NCBI GenBank assembly: GCA_032128115.1
Contig: JAQBHB010000090.1
Coordinates: forward strand, 42,268 to 74,267
Direction of reading: 5' to 3'
DNA from: Deltaproteobacteria bacterium
GTDB lineage: Bacteria > Myxococcota_A > UBA9160 > SMWR01
Length of the DNA: 32,000 bases
Within the stretch, counting starts at the first letter, position 1. Each line of letters starts with the position of its first letter. The notes under the pieces were generated by a model. The model was not told the DNA's origin, searched no databases, and saw nothing but the letters and a program-made list of their open reading frames with translations. Positions 1 through 9,317 of this stretch are shown in pieces. The position numbers and the translations under genes are program-made.

Positions 1-1
1 C

Positions 2-1033
2 ACGCTGTTCAAGAACCTGCAGATGGATATCGGTGCTCCCCACCAGTTCATGGATTTCCAGTTCCGTCTCGACCGCCCGGATTACGGCGAGTTCTGGCTG
101 CCCCACTGCGGAGCCTTGCTGGACGTGGAACCGTTCGGCGAGAAGCGCGTGAAGCTCATGTGCCATGACATCGAGGACCCCACCTTCGATGCGACAGCAG
201 CCGCAACCCATCCGAACATGAAGATGCGGCCCATCCACCGCCCGCCGCGCGTGCCGGCGGGGCGTACGCCCGCCTGTCGCTGGTCGGTATTCATCAGCGA
301 CGATGCGGAGCCCTTCGAGCAGCACGCGAACCTCGAGATCGTGCGCAAGGCGAAGCTGGCCACGATTCCGATCCAGATTCCCGACGCCGATGCCGAACCC
401 GGAGGCTGGCGCGACTACTCGGGCCCGTTCGACCCCGGCTTCCAGCTGGAAGACCTGTCGCACCGGGCCCTGGTGATCGTGAACCAGGAGTTCGCGGTGC
501 AGAGCCACCTCTTGACCCGCGCCTTCATGCTGTGCGCAGCCCAGCGCCTGGACGACGCGGCAGCGGGCGAACTGGGTGCCTGCCAGTGGACGGGTATTGC
601 CGCCCTCACTGCCGAGCGCCTGAAGGCCAGGTTCTCGATCGGAGGCGACGACATCGAGGCGGTGGCCAAGATTTTCCAGATCCACCCCTGCTTCTTTCCG
701 CGCACCTATGTGGACTTCCGGGTGGAGATCACTGGAGACCAGAGTGCTCGCATCGCGATCCGCGATTGCCCCGCCCTCGACGAGGGGGACGCCTGCTCGT
801 GGTTCGCCGGGCTCTCGACCCGGGCGCACCCGGCCCTCGATGCCATCGCGGGGACCGTCAATCCGCGAACGCGTTGTCATCCGGTGTCGAACCCGGGAGG
901 CGCCCGACTCGCGTGGGACGTGGTGATCGACCCGGCAGCGGAACCCCGCGATCCGCCCCAGGAACTCGCGCTCGCCAGGATCAGCAAGGGCGCGGCTTTC
1001 CGCTTCGAGCAGAGGCGAACCCTGCGAGCCTGA
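2..1033 (+). CDS. conserved hypothetical protein, 5' end probably outside the window
   Basis: Track ORF 23..1033. The frame stays open back to position 2 (TLFKNLQ precedes the first Met). Codon usage is GC3-rich like the neighbours. Stop TGA 1031-1033 is followed directly by the SD and start of the next gene. I cannot assign a named family motif. Confidence 0.6.
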   Translation, partial: TLFKNLQMDIGAPHQFMDFQFRLDRPDYGEFWLPHCGALLDVEPFGEKRVKLMCHDIEDPTFDATAAATHPNMKMRPIHRPPRVPAGRTPACRWSVFISDDAEPFEQHANLEIVRKAKLATIPIQIPDADAEPGGWRDYSGPFDPGFQLEDLSHRALVIVNQEFAVQSHLLTRAFMLCAAQRLDDAAAGELGACQWTGIAALTAERLKARFSIGGDDIEAVAKIFQIHPCFFPRTYVDFRVEITGDQSARIAIRDCPALDEGDACSWFAGLSTRAHPALDAIAGTVNPRTRCHPVSNPGGARLAWDVVIDPAAEPRDPPQELALARISKGAAFRFEQRRTLRA

Positions 1034-1049
1034 CACCCGGGAGGTGACC

Positions 1050-1916
1050 ATGACGAGACGTGCGGGCTACATCGGGCTGGGAAACATCGGAAAGCCCATG
1101 GCGGGCTGCTGGATCGAGGCAGGCTTCGAGACGCTGGTCTACGACGTGGTGGACGCGCCCATGGCGGAGCTCGTCGAGCGCGGAGCCAAGGCCGCAAGCT
1201 CACCGCGCGCCGTGGGCGAGGCGGCCGACGTGATCGGCATCTGCGTGCGCGACGACGACGACGTGCGCGCGGTGCTGCTCGGCGAGGACGGCGTGTTGGC
1301 CGGTGCGGCCGAGGGCGCCGTGGTGATGATCCACAGCACCGTGCGACCGCAGACCGTGGTGGAGATGGCGCATGCGGGCTCCGAGCGCGGTGTGGACGTG
1401 ATCGACGCCGCCATCACCGGTGGCGACCAGCGGGCCGCGGTAGGCGACCTGGCCATCATGGCCGGAGGCGACCCGGCGGCGCTCGAGAAGGCGAGACCCA
1501 TTCTCGACGCTTGTGCCCGGTCCGGGGTCTTCCACTGTGGCGAGCTCGGCAACGGCATGAAGACCAAGCTCTGTATCAACCTGGTCACCTATCTACAGTG
1601 GCTGGCGGGCTACGAGGGCTTGCGCCTGGCCAAGGCTTCGGGGCTTCCGGTCGAAACCTTCGAGGAGGTCGGACAGGCGAACGGGCAGATCACGCCGCTG
1701 ATGGTGCGCTTTCTCATCATGCACAAGATGCCGGACGAAGCCCGCCGGTCCGATGCTGTGCAGAAGCTGGTTCGCGGCCACACGCTGGTGGCCGAAAAGG
1801 ACCTGAACCTGGCCCTCGAACTGGCGCGTGAGAACGGCATCTCCCTGCCGGGCGCGGGGCTCGTCTCCCAGCTCATGGCTCGAATCTACGGCCTCGAGGA
1901 TGAAGGCCGTCGCTGA
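1050..1916 (+). CDS. NAD(P)-dependent oxidoreductase, 3-hydroxyisobutyrate / 6-phosphogluconate dehydrogenase-like (beta-hydroxyacid dehydrogenase family)
   Basis: N-terminal Rossmann motif GYIGLGNIGKPMA. Length (~288 aa) and overall pattern (DAAITGG, GNGMKTKLCINL) are typical of the family. SD GGGAGG at 1038-1043 lies 6 nt before ATG 1050. The track start GTG 1044 is less likely. Confidence 0.85.
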   Translation: MTRRAGYIGLGNIGKPMAGCWIEAGFETLVYDVVDAPMAELVERGAKAASSPRAVGEAADVIGICVRDDDDVRAVLLGEDGVLAGAAEGAVVMIHSTVRPQTVVEMAHAGSERGVDVIDAAITGGDQRAAVGDLAIMAGGDPAALEKARPILDACARSGVFHCGELGNGMKTKLCINLVTYLQWLAGYEGLRLAKASGLPVETFEEVGQANGQITPLMVRFLIMHKMPDEARRSDAVQKLVRGHTLVAEKDLNLALELARENGISLPGAGLVSQLMARIYGLEDEGRR

Positions 1917-1941
1917 TCCCCGAATCTGAAAGGAGTGAGTG

Positions 1942-2337
1942 ATGGCCGATGACGACCGCTATCAACGTGGTGCGAAGATGCTGGAGAAGGTCTACGCGGG
2001 AGATGTGACTGCACCTCCCAAGGGCTCCATGGCGTTCTCGGATTTGATGCTCGAGAGCCTGTTCGCCGAGGTATGGACCCGGGAGGAGCTCTCGATCCGC
2101 GACCGGCGACTGATCCTGTTCGGCGTCATTGGCGCGCTTGGCGAGAAGGATACCTTCGCCATCCAGGCCAGGTCGGCGCTCAAGAACGGCGAGCTCACCC
2201 CGGATCAGTTGCGCGAAGTGCTGATCATGTTGGCCAACTACGCGGGCTACCCGCGCGCAGCCGGCCTGATCGGCGTAGTGGAGAAGCAGATCGCAGCGGT
2301 TGCCAAGGAGCAGAAGGGCGAAGGGGACGACTCCTAG
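1942..2337 (+). CDS. carboxymuconolactone decarboxylase (CMD/AhpD-like) family protein
   Basis: ~131 aa with the typical pattern DRYQRG...VWTREELSIRDRRLI...ANYAGYPRA. SD AAGGAG at 1930-1935 lies 6 nt before ATG 1942 (the track uses GTG 1939). Confidence 0.8.
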   Translation: MADDDRYQRGAKMLEKVYAGDVTAPPKGSMAFSDLMLESLFAEVWTREELSIRDRRLILFGVIGALGEKDTFAIQARSALKNGELTPDQLREVLIMLANYAGYPRAAGLIGVVEKQIAAVAKEQKGEGDDS

Positions 2338-3239
2338 AGGTGCTTGCCGAGGAACGCGATCATCCGCTCGATGGCGAGCCTTGCGGGCGGCAGCATCTCG
2401 AGTTGCGCATAGCCGTGGGGCATGAAGTCGTCGACGAAATGCTCGTGAGCGATGCGCGCCTTCGCGAGCGCGTTCGCCAGGTCCTCGGACTGGTTCATCA
2501 GCGGGTCCGCGCCGCCCACCACCAGATGGCAGGGTGGGAGCCGGTGGGCCGCGTGCAATGGGCTCACGCGCGGGTCGCGCACGAGGTCACCGCGCTCGCT
2601 GCCCAGGTAGGCGCTCAGCATCAGCTCGACCATCTTCGGGCCCAGGACCTGCAGGAGGCCGTCGGGTGCGGCGGGCGGTGACGCTTCGATCGAGACGGTG
2701 GCCATGTCGAAGACTCCGTAGATCAGCAGGGCGGCACGGGGACGCGCGGGATCGTCTGCCAGCGCAGCGGCCACGGCAGCCGAAAGATTTGCGCCCGCAC
2801 TGTCGCCGCCAACGGCCAGGCGAGAGGCATCGCCGTTCCAGCGCTGCGCCTCGCGGGCGGCCCAGCGCACCGCCTCCATGCAGTCTTCGAAGGGCGCCGG
2901 GAACGGGTGTTCGGGCGCCAGGCGATAATCCACGTTGATCACCAGGTAGCCGGCCTCGGCAAAGCGACTGGCGAGCTTGCGGTGACTGGTAGGGTTGCCG
3001 CAGATCCAACCGCCGCCGTGCAGGTAGACCAGTACCGGATGCGGGCCAGAGCCGCGGGGCTCGATCACGTCGGCCGTCAGGCCGTCGGCGATGGGCACTG
3101 CCGCGTGGAAGGCGCCCACCTCGGGCAGGTCGAGATTCAGGAACCCCGCAAAGCGGTCCACCAGCTGGCGCATGTCGTCCGCGGTCTCCGGCGGGGACTG
3201 GAGGATCTGGGCCAGGGATGCGAGGAGGTCCGATGTCAT
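2334..3239 (-). CDS. alpha/beta hydrolase, hormone-sensitive-lipase-type (family IV) esterase
   Basis: Oxyanion motif VYLHGGGW and nucleophile elbow GGDSAGANL, with a C-terminal HGY region. The track ORF extends to 3299. Met21 (start codon at 3237-3239) has an SD (GGAG, ~7 nt upstream on the minus strand), whereas the 3299 ATG has none and sits inside an 11-bp tandem repeat. The stop overlaps the CMD stop (CTAG at 2334-2337). Confidence 0.85.
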   Translation of the reverse strand: MTSDLLASLAQILQSPPETADDMRQLVDRFAGFLNLDLPEVGAFHAAVPIADGLTADVIEPRGSGPHPVLVYLHGGGWICGNPTSHRKLASRFAEAGYLVINVDYRLAPEHPFPAPFEDCMEAVRWAAREAQRWNGDASRLAVGGDSAGANLSAAVAAALADDPARPRAALLIYGVFDMATVSIEASPPAAPDGLLQVLGPKMVELMLSAYLGSERGDLVRDPRVSPLHAAHRLPPCHLVVGGADPLMNQSEDLANALAKARIAHEHFVDDFMPHGYAQLEMLPPARLAIERMIAFLGKHL

Positions 3240-3286
3240 GTCGTCGCTCCACTGGATGGACGAAGGGCCAGGCCAGCCCGTATTGT

Positions 3287-3319
3287 ATGAAATCGGCATG
3301 AAATCGGTATGAAATCAGG
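3287..3319. repeat. three tandem 11-bp direct repeats (ATGAAATCGGC / ATGAAATCGGT / ATGAAATCAGG) in the divergent esterase-GH3 intergenic region
   Basis: Read directly at 3287-3297, 3298-3308 and 3309-3319. This is an AT-rich island with one-helical-turn periodicity between two divergently transcribed genes. Confidence 0.8.
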
Positions 3320-3342
3320 CTCGCCTTCGAAGGACGTGGACC

Positions 3343-5430
3343 ATGGTGACCGTGATCGAGAAAGATGCCAGCCCGGAGGTGATCGAGGATCGGATCGATG
3401 AACTTCTCTCGGGGCTCACCCTCGAAGAGAAGGTCTCGATGCTCTCCGGCCACGGCTTTCTCGAACAGATCCAGAAAGATGGCGGGCGCTACGGCGCGCG
3501 CATGTATCACGTGGCTGCGGGCAACCAGCGACTCGGAATTCCGCCCCTGCTCTTCAACGACGGGCCGCGTGGCGTCAATATGGGGCACTCGACCTGCTTC
3601 CCCGTGCCCATGGCCCGGGGTGCCAGCTTCGACGTCGGGCTCGAGCGGCGCATCGGCGAGGCCATTGGCCGGGAGATGCGCGCCCGGGGCGGCAATCTCT
3701 TCGGTGGCGTCTGCATCAACCTGCTTCGACATCCGGCCTGGGGGCGGGCACAGGAGACCTACGGAGAAGACCCGTTCCTGCTGGGAGAGATGGGAGCGGC
3801 TCTCGTGACTGGTGTGCAGCAGCACGGCGTGGTTGCCACCGTGAAGCACTATGCCGCCAACAGCATGGAAAACGTGCGCTTCAAAGTAGACGTGACCCTC
3901 GACGAGCGCCCGCTTCGCGAAGTCTACCTGCCGCATTTCAAGCGCTGTGTGGACGCTGGCGTCGGCGCGGTGATGAGCGCCTACAATCAGGTGAACGGAG
4001 CCTACTGCGGCCACAGCGAAGCCCTGCTGACGAAGATCCTGAAGCATGAATGGGGTTTCGATGGCTTCGTCTACTCGGACTTCGTCCTGGGTTGCCGCGA
4101 CTGGAGCGCTTTTTCCGCAGGCCTGGACGTCGAGGCGCCCGACACGATCCACTTCGGCCCGCACCTGCGCTCGGCCATCGAGAGGGGGGAGGTCAGCCAG
4201 GCGAGGCTCGACGATGGCGCACGCCGGGTGCTGCGAAGCCTGTTTCGGCGGGTCGCGATGCCAGACTCCGAGAGCTATGGGCCGGAACTCGTGGCGTGCG
4301 ACGCGCATGTGGCACTCGCCAGGGAATCGGTGCAGAAGAGCATCGTGCTGCTTCGAAACGAGGGCGTGTTGCCCTGGGATGCCGCGACTTTCGACCGGGT
4401 GCTGGTCCTCGGGAAGCTGGCCGACGTTCCGAATCTCGGCGACCGTGGCTCGAGCGAGGTTTCACCCCCTTCGGCGGTGACGCCGCTGGCGGGATTGCGC
4501 GCCGCGCTCCCGGACGGCTGTGAGGTCGTTTACGACGCCGGGGAAGACCTGGCACGTGTGCGGGTTCTCGCCGCGACGGCGGACGCGGTCCTGGTGGTAG
4601 CAGGACTTAGCTACGAGGATGAGGGTGAGTTCATCCCAGGTGGACACGTGGGCGCCTCGGACGGGAAGGACCTGGGCGGCGATCGCCGTGAGCTCGGTCT
4701 CGGCCCGGAGCAGGAGGCCCTGATCCACGCCGCTGCCGAGGCGAACGCGAGCACCATCGTGGCGGTGATGGCGGGCTCTGCCGTCCTGATGGAGAGCTGG
4801 CGGGAGCGGGTTCCGGGCATCCTGATGCTGTGGTATCCGGGGATGGAGGGCGGCACGGGGCTCGCCGGCGTCCTGCTGGGGCAGGTGAACCCCTCGGGGC
4901 GCCTGCCATTCAGCGTTCCGCGGAGTGCCGACGACCTGCCCTTCTTCGATCGGGAAGCCGAGGCGATCACGTATGATCTGTGGCACGGATACACCAAGCT
5001 CGAGCGCGATGACGTCGAGCCGGCCTACCCGTTCGGCTTCGGCCTCTCGTATACGTGCTTCGCTTTTTCGAACCCGACCGTGGCTCTCGACGAAACCGGC
5101 GAAACACTGCGCGTGGAGGTCGAGGTCGCCAATACGGGGGCGCGTGCGGGAGAGACGGTGGTGCAGGTATACGCCGGTTGGGCCGAGTCCGCGGCGGACC
5201 AGCCCCGCAAGCGACTCTGCGGTTTCGGGCGCGTTCTGCTTTCTGCCGGGGAGACGCAGACGGTGAGCGTCGAGGTGGCTCTTCGGCAGCTGGCCTTCTT
5301 CGACGCGGGCCGTTGGCGGCTCGGGACGGGCGATTGGAGCATCTGGATCGGCGGCAGCAGCAGGGATGCCGACCTGGTTTCGACGACGATCGAGCTGACC
5401 GATCGCAGCTGGTCGATACGGGCTCGTTGA
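3343..5430 (+). CDS. glycoside hydrolase family 3 beta-glucosidase-like enzyme
   Basis: 695 aa. GH3 hallmarks are present: NDGPRGV, KHYAANSMEN, GFVYSDF (nucleophile Asp context), and a C-terminal fibronectin-like region (VQVYAG...RKRLCGFGRV). Confidence 0.9.
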   Translation: MVTVIEKDASPEVIEDRIDELLSGLTLEEKVSMLSGHGFLEQIQKDGGRYGARMYHVAAGNQRLGIPPLLFNDGPRGVNMGHSTCFPVPMARGASFDVGLERRIGEAIGREMRARGGNLFGGVCINLLRHPAWGRAQETYGEDPFLLGEMGAALVTGVQQHGVVATVKHYAANSMENVRFKVDVTLDERPLREVYLPHFKRCVDAGVGAVMSAYNQVNGAYCGHSEALLTKILKHEWGFDGFVYSDFVLGCRDWSAFSAGLDVEAPDTIHFGPHLRSAIERGEVSQARLDDGARRVLRSLFRRVAMPDSESYGPELVACDAHVALARESVQKSIVLLRNEGVLPWDAATFDRVLVLGKLADVPNLGDRGSSEVSPPSAVTPLAGLRAALPDGCEVVYDAGEDLARVRVLAATADAVLVVAGLSYEDEGEFIPGGHVGASDGKDLGGDRRELGLGPEQEALIHAAAEANASTIVAVMAGSAVLMESWRERVPGILMLWYPGMEGGTGLAGVLLGQVNPSGRLPFSVPRSADDLPFFDREAEAITYDLWHGYTKLERDDVEPAYPFGFGLSYTCFAFSNPTVALDETGETLRVEVEVANTGARAGETVVQVYAGWAESAADQPRKRLCGFGRVLLSAGETQTVSVEVALRQLAFFDAGRWRLGTGDWSIWIGGSSRDADLVSTTIELTDRSWSIRAR

Positions 5431-5443
5431 TACAGGAGAAGTC

Positions 5444-6565
5444 ATGCTCTCGAAACTGGACGACTACCCCATCCACCAGACCTCGGAGCCCGTGGCCCAC
5501 CCGGCATCCAGCGATCGGCACGTGTACGACCGCTACTGGTTCAACGGCTACCAGGACGACGGCGCCTTCTACTTCGGCATCGGCGCCGCACTCTATCCGA
5601 ACCTCGAGATCATGGATTGCGGCTTCTCGATCGTGATCGACGGTGAGCAGCACGCCTTCCACGCGTCGCGCCGGGCACCCCGCGAGCCCACGGATTTGTG
5701 CGTAGGCCCCTGGAAGCTCGAGATCCAGGAGCCCATGAAGCGGCTCAAGATCAGCCTGGACGACAACGAGACCGGAATCTCGGGGGAGCTGCAGTGGATT
5801 CCGCGCACGGCGAACGTGGAAGAAGGCCACCAGCTGATGCGCCGCCGCATCGGGCGCATGCAGGCCACGCGCTTCAACCAGTTTGGCCACTGGGAGGGAG
5901 AGATCCGCACCCACGGCCGCTCGGTCCGGATCGATCCCACGCGCGTCTACGGAACCAAGGACCGGAGCTGGGGCATCCGACCCGTCGGGGATCCGGCGCC
6001 CGTGGGCGCTCCGCCCGATCGAGTCGGAGGCATCTTCTTCCTGTGGGCGCCCCTTCATTGGGAGGATCGCTGCACACACATGGGGGTGTTCGAGGACGAG
6101 CACGGCGTTCCCTGGCACTTCGATGGGATGATCTGCCCCGTCTACGACCACCCGGATGAAATTCCCGGCACCGAGGACCCGGCGACCCGGTTCCTGAGTG
6201 CCGGGGAGCACCGCTTGAGCTTCGTTGCCGGCACCCGTCGAGCGAGCCGCGCGGAGATCACCCTCGTCGACATGGAGGGAAAACGCGAAGAGATCGAGCT
6301 CGAACCCGTGCTCTGCTTCCGGATGAAGGGCCTCGGCTATCTGCACCCGGAGTGGGGGCACGGCAGGTGGAAGGGAGAGCTCGCCATCGGCGGCGAGTCC
6401 TGGAAATGTGACCAGCTGGATGAGAACGCCTTCGAGAACGCCCACATCCAGCAGGTGATGATGGCGCGCAGCGGTGACAAGCGAGGGATCGGCGTGCTGG
6501 AGCAGCTACACCTTGGGCCTCACGCGCGCTACGGCTTCATGGAGTTCCTCGACCCGGCTCCGTAG
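5444..6565 (+). CDS. conserved hypothetical protein (unknown family)
   Basis: 373-aa ORF starting 13 nt after the GH3 stop and ending 25 nt before the P450 start. Coding-like composition and no low-complexity Arg/Pro bias. N-terminus LDDYPIHQTSEP...DRYWFNGY. Family not recognised. Confidence 0.65.
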   Translation: MLSKLDDYPIHQTSEPVAHPASSDRHVYDRYWFNGYQDDGAFYFGIGAALYPNLEIMDCGFSIVIDGEQHAFHASRRAPREPTDLCVGPWKLEIQEPMKRLKISLDDNETGISGELQWIPRTANVEEGHQLMRRRIGRMQATRFNQFGHWEGEIRTHGRSVRIDPTRVYGTKDRSWGIRPVGDPAPVGAPPDRVGGIFFLWAPLHWEDRCTHMGVFEDEHGVPWHFDGMICPVYDHPDEIPGTEDPATRFLSAGEHRLSFVAGTRRASRAEITLVDMEGKREEIELEPVLCFRMKGLGYLHPEWGHGRWKGELAIGGESWKCDQLDENAFENAHIQQVMMARSGDKRGIGVLEQLHLGPHARYGFMEFLDPAP

Positions 6566-6590
6566 CCGCAACCGAAAAGAGGCGACCCAC

Positions 6591-7784
6591 ATGATCTACG
6601 ACCCCTACTCCCGCGACATGCAGAATGATCCCTATCCCGCCTATCGGCACTTCCGGGACGAGGAGCCCTGCGCCTACAACCCCGACATGGATTTCTACGC
6701 GCTCTTCCGGTTCGAGGATGTCTGGCGGGCCACTCTCGATTGGGAGACCTACAGCTCGTCGCTGGGACCGCCCCTGGAGAACCGCGGGCAGATCCCGGGA
6801 GAGCTCATGTCCGTCATCGGGATGGACCCTCCCCGGCACGTCAAGATCCGGAACCTCGCGTCGCGGGGTTTCACGCCTCGTCGGATGGCTGCGCTCGAGG
6901 CCGACATCCGGGAGATCGCCAGGCACTACATGGAGCCGCTGCGCGACGCCGAGGGCTGTGACTTCCAGCAGGCCGTCTCCAGCAAGCTCCCCATGGACGT
7001 CATCAGCGCGCTACTCGGTATCCCCCCCAGCGAACGCGACGGCTACCGCAAGACCATCGATCGCAGCCTGGCCCGCGACCCCGACACCGGTGAGATGCAT
7101 TCGGACGGGATTGGGGGCATGCAGGACAGCCGGAACTTCCTCGTCGATCTGCTGGAGGTGCGACGCAAACACCCGAAGGACGATCTGATCTCGATCCTCG
7201 CCACCACCGAATACGAAGACGTGGACGGCGAGACGAAGCTCCTGCGAACGGAGGAGGTGGTTGCCTTCGTGGGCCTGTTGGCCGCGGCGGGCTTCGAGAC
7301 CACCACGAAGCTGCTGGGCAATTGCATGGTGTATCTGGGGCGACACCCGGAGCAGCGAACTCGCCTGTGGGCGGATCCGGATCTCTTCCCCACGGCGATC
7401 GAGGAGGTGCTGCGTTACGACGCCCCGTCGCAATTTCAGGGTCGTGTTGCGCTACGGGCCGTCACCGAACACGGTGTCACGATTCCGGAGGGAGCCCGGG
7501 TCGCCCTGGTCTCGGGAGCGGCGTGTCGGGACGAACGGGAATTCGACGAACCCGATCGCTTCGACATCACGCGCCAGCCGGAGCGGCAGATCTATTTCGG
7601 CCACGGCCACCACGTCTGCATCGGCAAGAGTCTCGCCCGACTCGAAACCCGCGTGGTGCTGGAAGAGGTTCGCGATCGCTTCCCCGACTACATCGTCGAC
7701 GAAGCTGGCCTCACCCGCACCTACCAGGCCCATGTGCGAGGCTTCGCCACGGTTCCCATCTCGTTCGAGAATTCACTGCCCTGA
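6591..7784 (+). CDS. cytochrome P450
   Basis: Heme-binding loop FGHGHHVCIGKSLA (FxxGxxxCxG), ExxR (EVLRYD) and I-helix-like LLAAGFETT. The start is moved to ATG 6591 (MIYDPYSRD), preceded by AAAAGAGG. The track's 6474 start would overlap the upstream gene. Confidence 0.92.
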   Translation: MIYDPYSRDMQNDPYPAYRHFRDEEPCAYNPDMDFYALFRFEDVWRATLDWETYSSSLGPPLENRGQIPGELMSVIGMDPPRHVKIRNLASRGFTPRRMAALEADIREIARHYMEPLRDAEGCDFQQAVSSKLPMDVISALLGIPPSERDGYRKTIDRSLARDPDTGEMHSDGIGGMQDSRNFLVDLLEVRRKHPKDDLISILATTEYEDVDGETKLLRTEEVVAFVGLLAAAGFETTTKLLGNCMVYLGRHPEQRTRLWADPDLFPTAIEEVLRYDAPSQFQGRVALRAVTEHGVTIPEGARVALVSGAACRDEREFDEPDRFDITRQPERQIYFGHGHHVCIGKSLARLETRVVLEEVRDRFPDYIVDEAGLTRTYQAHVRGFATVPISFENSLP

Positions 7785-7793
7785 CCTCGCCGA

Positions 7794-9149
7794 TCAGGAA
7801 AGCGCCTGGAGTTCCAGGGGAAGGCCGTCGCGGGGCTTCGAGATCGGTGCTTGCTGGACCGGCATGCGGTAGTCGTCGGGCACGCGCCAGCGGTAGCGAC
7901 GCACCAGGTGGTGCATGACCAGTCGCACCTGCGCCTCGCCAAAGCGCAGCCCGATGCACATGTGGGGTCCTCCTCCGAACGGAATCCAGCAGTGGCTGTG
8001 GCGCCCGTGCTCGGCTCGTTCCGGGGAGAAGCGCTCTGGATCCCAGCGGTCGGGATCGGGCCACCATGTTTCCATGTGGTGAGTGTGGATCGGGGATATC
8101 ACGACCATCACGCCCTCGGGAATCCGGTAACCGTCCCACTCGAACTCCCGGATCGAAGTCCGCGGGATCACGGGCAGCGGCGGATATCGACGCAGCGTTT
8201 CGCGCATGGCGAAAGTCAGGCTCGGCAGTGAGTCGAGATCGTCGAAAACCGGAGGCTCGGCGCCGAAGGCCACGCTCTCGGCGCGGATCCGATCCTGCCA
8301 GTCCGGGTTTCGTGCGAGTTCGTACATGAGCGAGGTGAGCGTGCTGGTGGTGGTGTCGTGCGCGGCCATCATCAAGAAGTTCATGTGGTCGAGAACGTCG
8401 GCATCGGAGAAGGCACGGCCCTCCTCATCGCGGGCCCGGCACAGCCGGCTGAAGATGTCGCCGCCGGCGTCGCCGCGCTTCTTCGCCAGCATGTTGCCCA
8501 GAAAGCCAAGCAGGAAGCGCCGGCCCTCGACGCCCCGGTGGTGCCTGCCGAATCCCGGAAAGCGCAGGCCCGGCATCGAGGCTGCCACCATGGCCTCGAA
8601 GGCTCCGTTCATGCTGGCCGCCGAGGGGCCGAGATCCACGCCCACGAAGATCGCGGCGGCCAGGTCGAGGGTCAGGCTCTTGAAGGCGTCGTAGGCCCGA
8701 AAGGAGGGCACGCCGGTCGGCCAGTCTGCGATGCCCTCGGCAATCGCCGGATTCATCTGGTCGATGTACTCCCGCAACACCGGCCGTTTAAAGGCCTCGT
8801 GCATGATCTTGCGGTGGTGCTTGTGCTCTTCGCCGTCGCGCAGGAGCAGCCCATTGGGGAAGATGGTCCCCATGATCGCCATCCACGGCTTTCGGGCCGA
8901 AAACGTCTGATCGCGGTCGAGCAGCACGAAGCGGTTGGCGTCGGGACCGAAGAGGTTCACGCTGGTGAAGCGGCCGCGCCCCTGTACCACGGTAGGGCCG
9001 TACTCGCGGAAATGGTCTTCGTTCATGGCGCGCATGTCGTAGCGGCTGACCTCGCCACGCAGAAACCGCCCGAGGGTTCTGGGAATCGGGGCCCGCGGGA
9101 TCGCCTCGAAGGGCTTTGCTGCGCGAGACGTACCCTGGATCACAGGCAT
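7794..9149 (-). CDS. cytochrome P450
   Basis: Heme-binding loop FGGGPHMCIGLRFG, ExxR (ETLRRYPP) and I-helix MMAAHDTTTS. Convergent with the previous P450, with a 9-nt gap between stops. Confidence 0.92.
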   Translation of the reverse strand: MPVIQGTSRAAKPFEAIPRAPIPRTLGRFLRGEVSRYDMRAMNEDHFREYGPTVVQGRGRFTSVNLFGPDANRFVLLDRDQTFSARKPWMAIMGTIFPNGLLLRDGEEHKHHRKIMHEAFKRPVLREYIDQMNPAIAEGIADWPTGVPSFRAYDAFKSLTLDLAAAIFVGVDLGPSAASMNGAFEAMVAASMPGLRFPGFGRHHRGVEGRRFLLGFLGNMLAKKRGDAGGDIFSRLCRARDEEGRAFSDADVLDHMNFLMMAAHDTTTSTLTSLMYELARNPDWQDRIRAESVAFGAEPPVFDDLDSLPSLTFAMRETLRRYPPLPVIPRTSIREFEWDGYRIPEGVMVVISPIHTHHMETWWPDPDRWDPERFSPERAEHGRHSHCWIPFGGGPHMCIGLRFGEAQVRLVMHHLVRRYRWRVPDDYRMPVQQAPISKPRDGLPLELQALS

Positions 9150-9317
9150 TTCGATGACCTTCCTGCGCCGGCCCTGTCGTCCTGTGAGGAACTACAGCGA
9201 GCCGCGCGACGGCTCCGAGCCAGGTTACGTCTTTCTGTGCACGGGGTCACCGGCGACACCCGTCGCGCCGGGGCTGAGGCTCCCGACGGTCAGCCCGCCT
9301 ATACTGCACCGCCGATC

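Noticed and set aside
2587-4308. 573-aa minus-strand ORF
   Set aside because: It overlaps the esterase out of frame and is antisense to GH3. Its composition is Arg/Pro/Gly-rich, and both overlapped genes have unambiguous catalytic motifs.
4967-6445. 492-aa minus-strand ORF
   Set aside because: It is antisense to the GH3 3' end and the 373-aa unknown gene. Its C-terminal half is Arg/Pro low complexity. It was judged a high-GC artefact, though the unknown plus-strand gene it competes with has only compositional support.
6474-6590. Upstream start for the first P450
   Set aside because: It would overlap the preceding gene by 92 nt and adds a Ser/Thr/Arg-rich non-P450 leader. ATG 6591 has a purine-rich SD-like sequence and gives the usual P450 N-terminus.
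8358-9317. N-terminal 320 codons of the 1030-aa track ORF (8358..11450)
   Set aside because: This part is antisense to the P450 gene (7794-9149) and looks non-protein-like. A lipoprotein signal peptide with a lipobox begins at the in-frame ATG 9318, so the real gene starts there.
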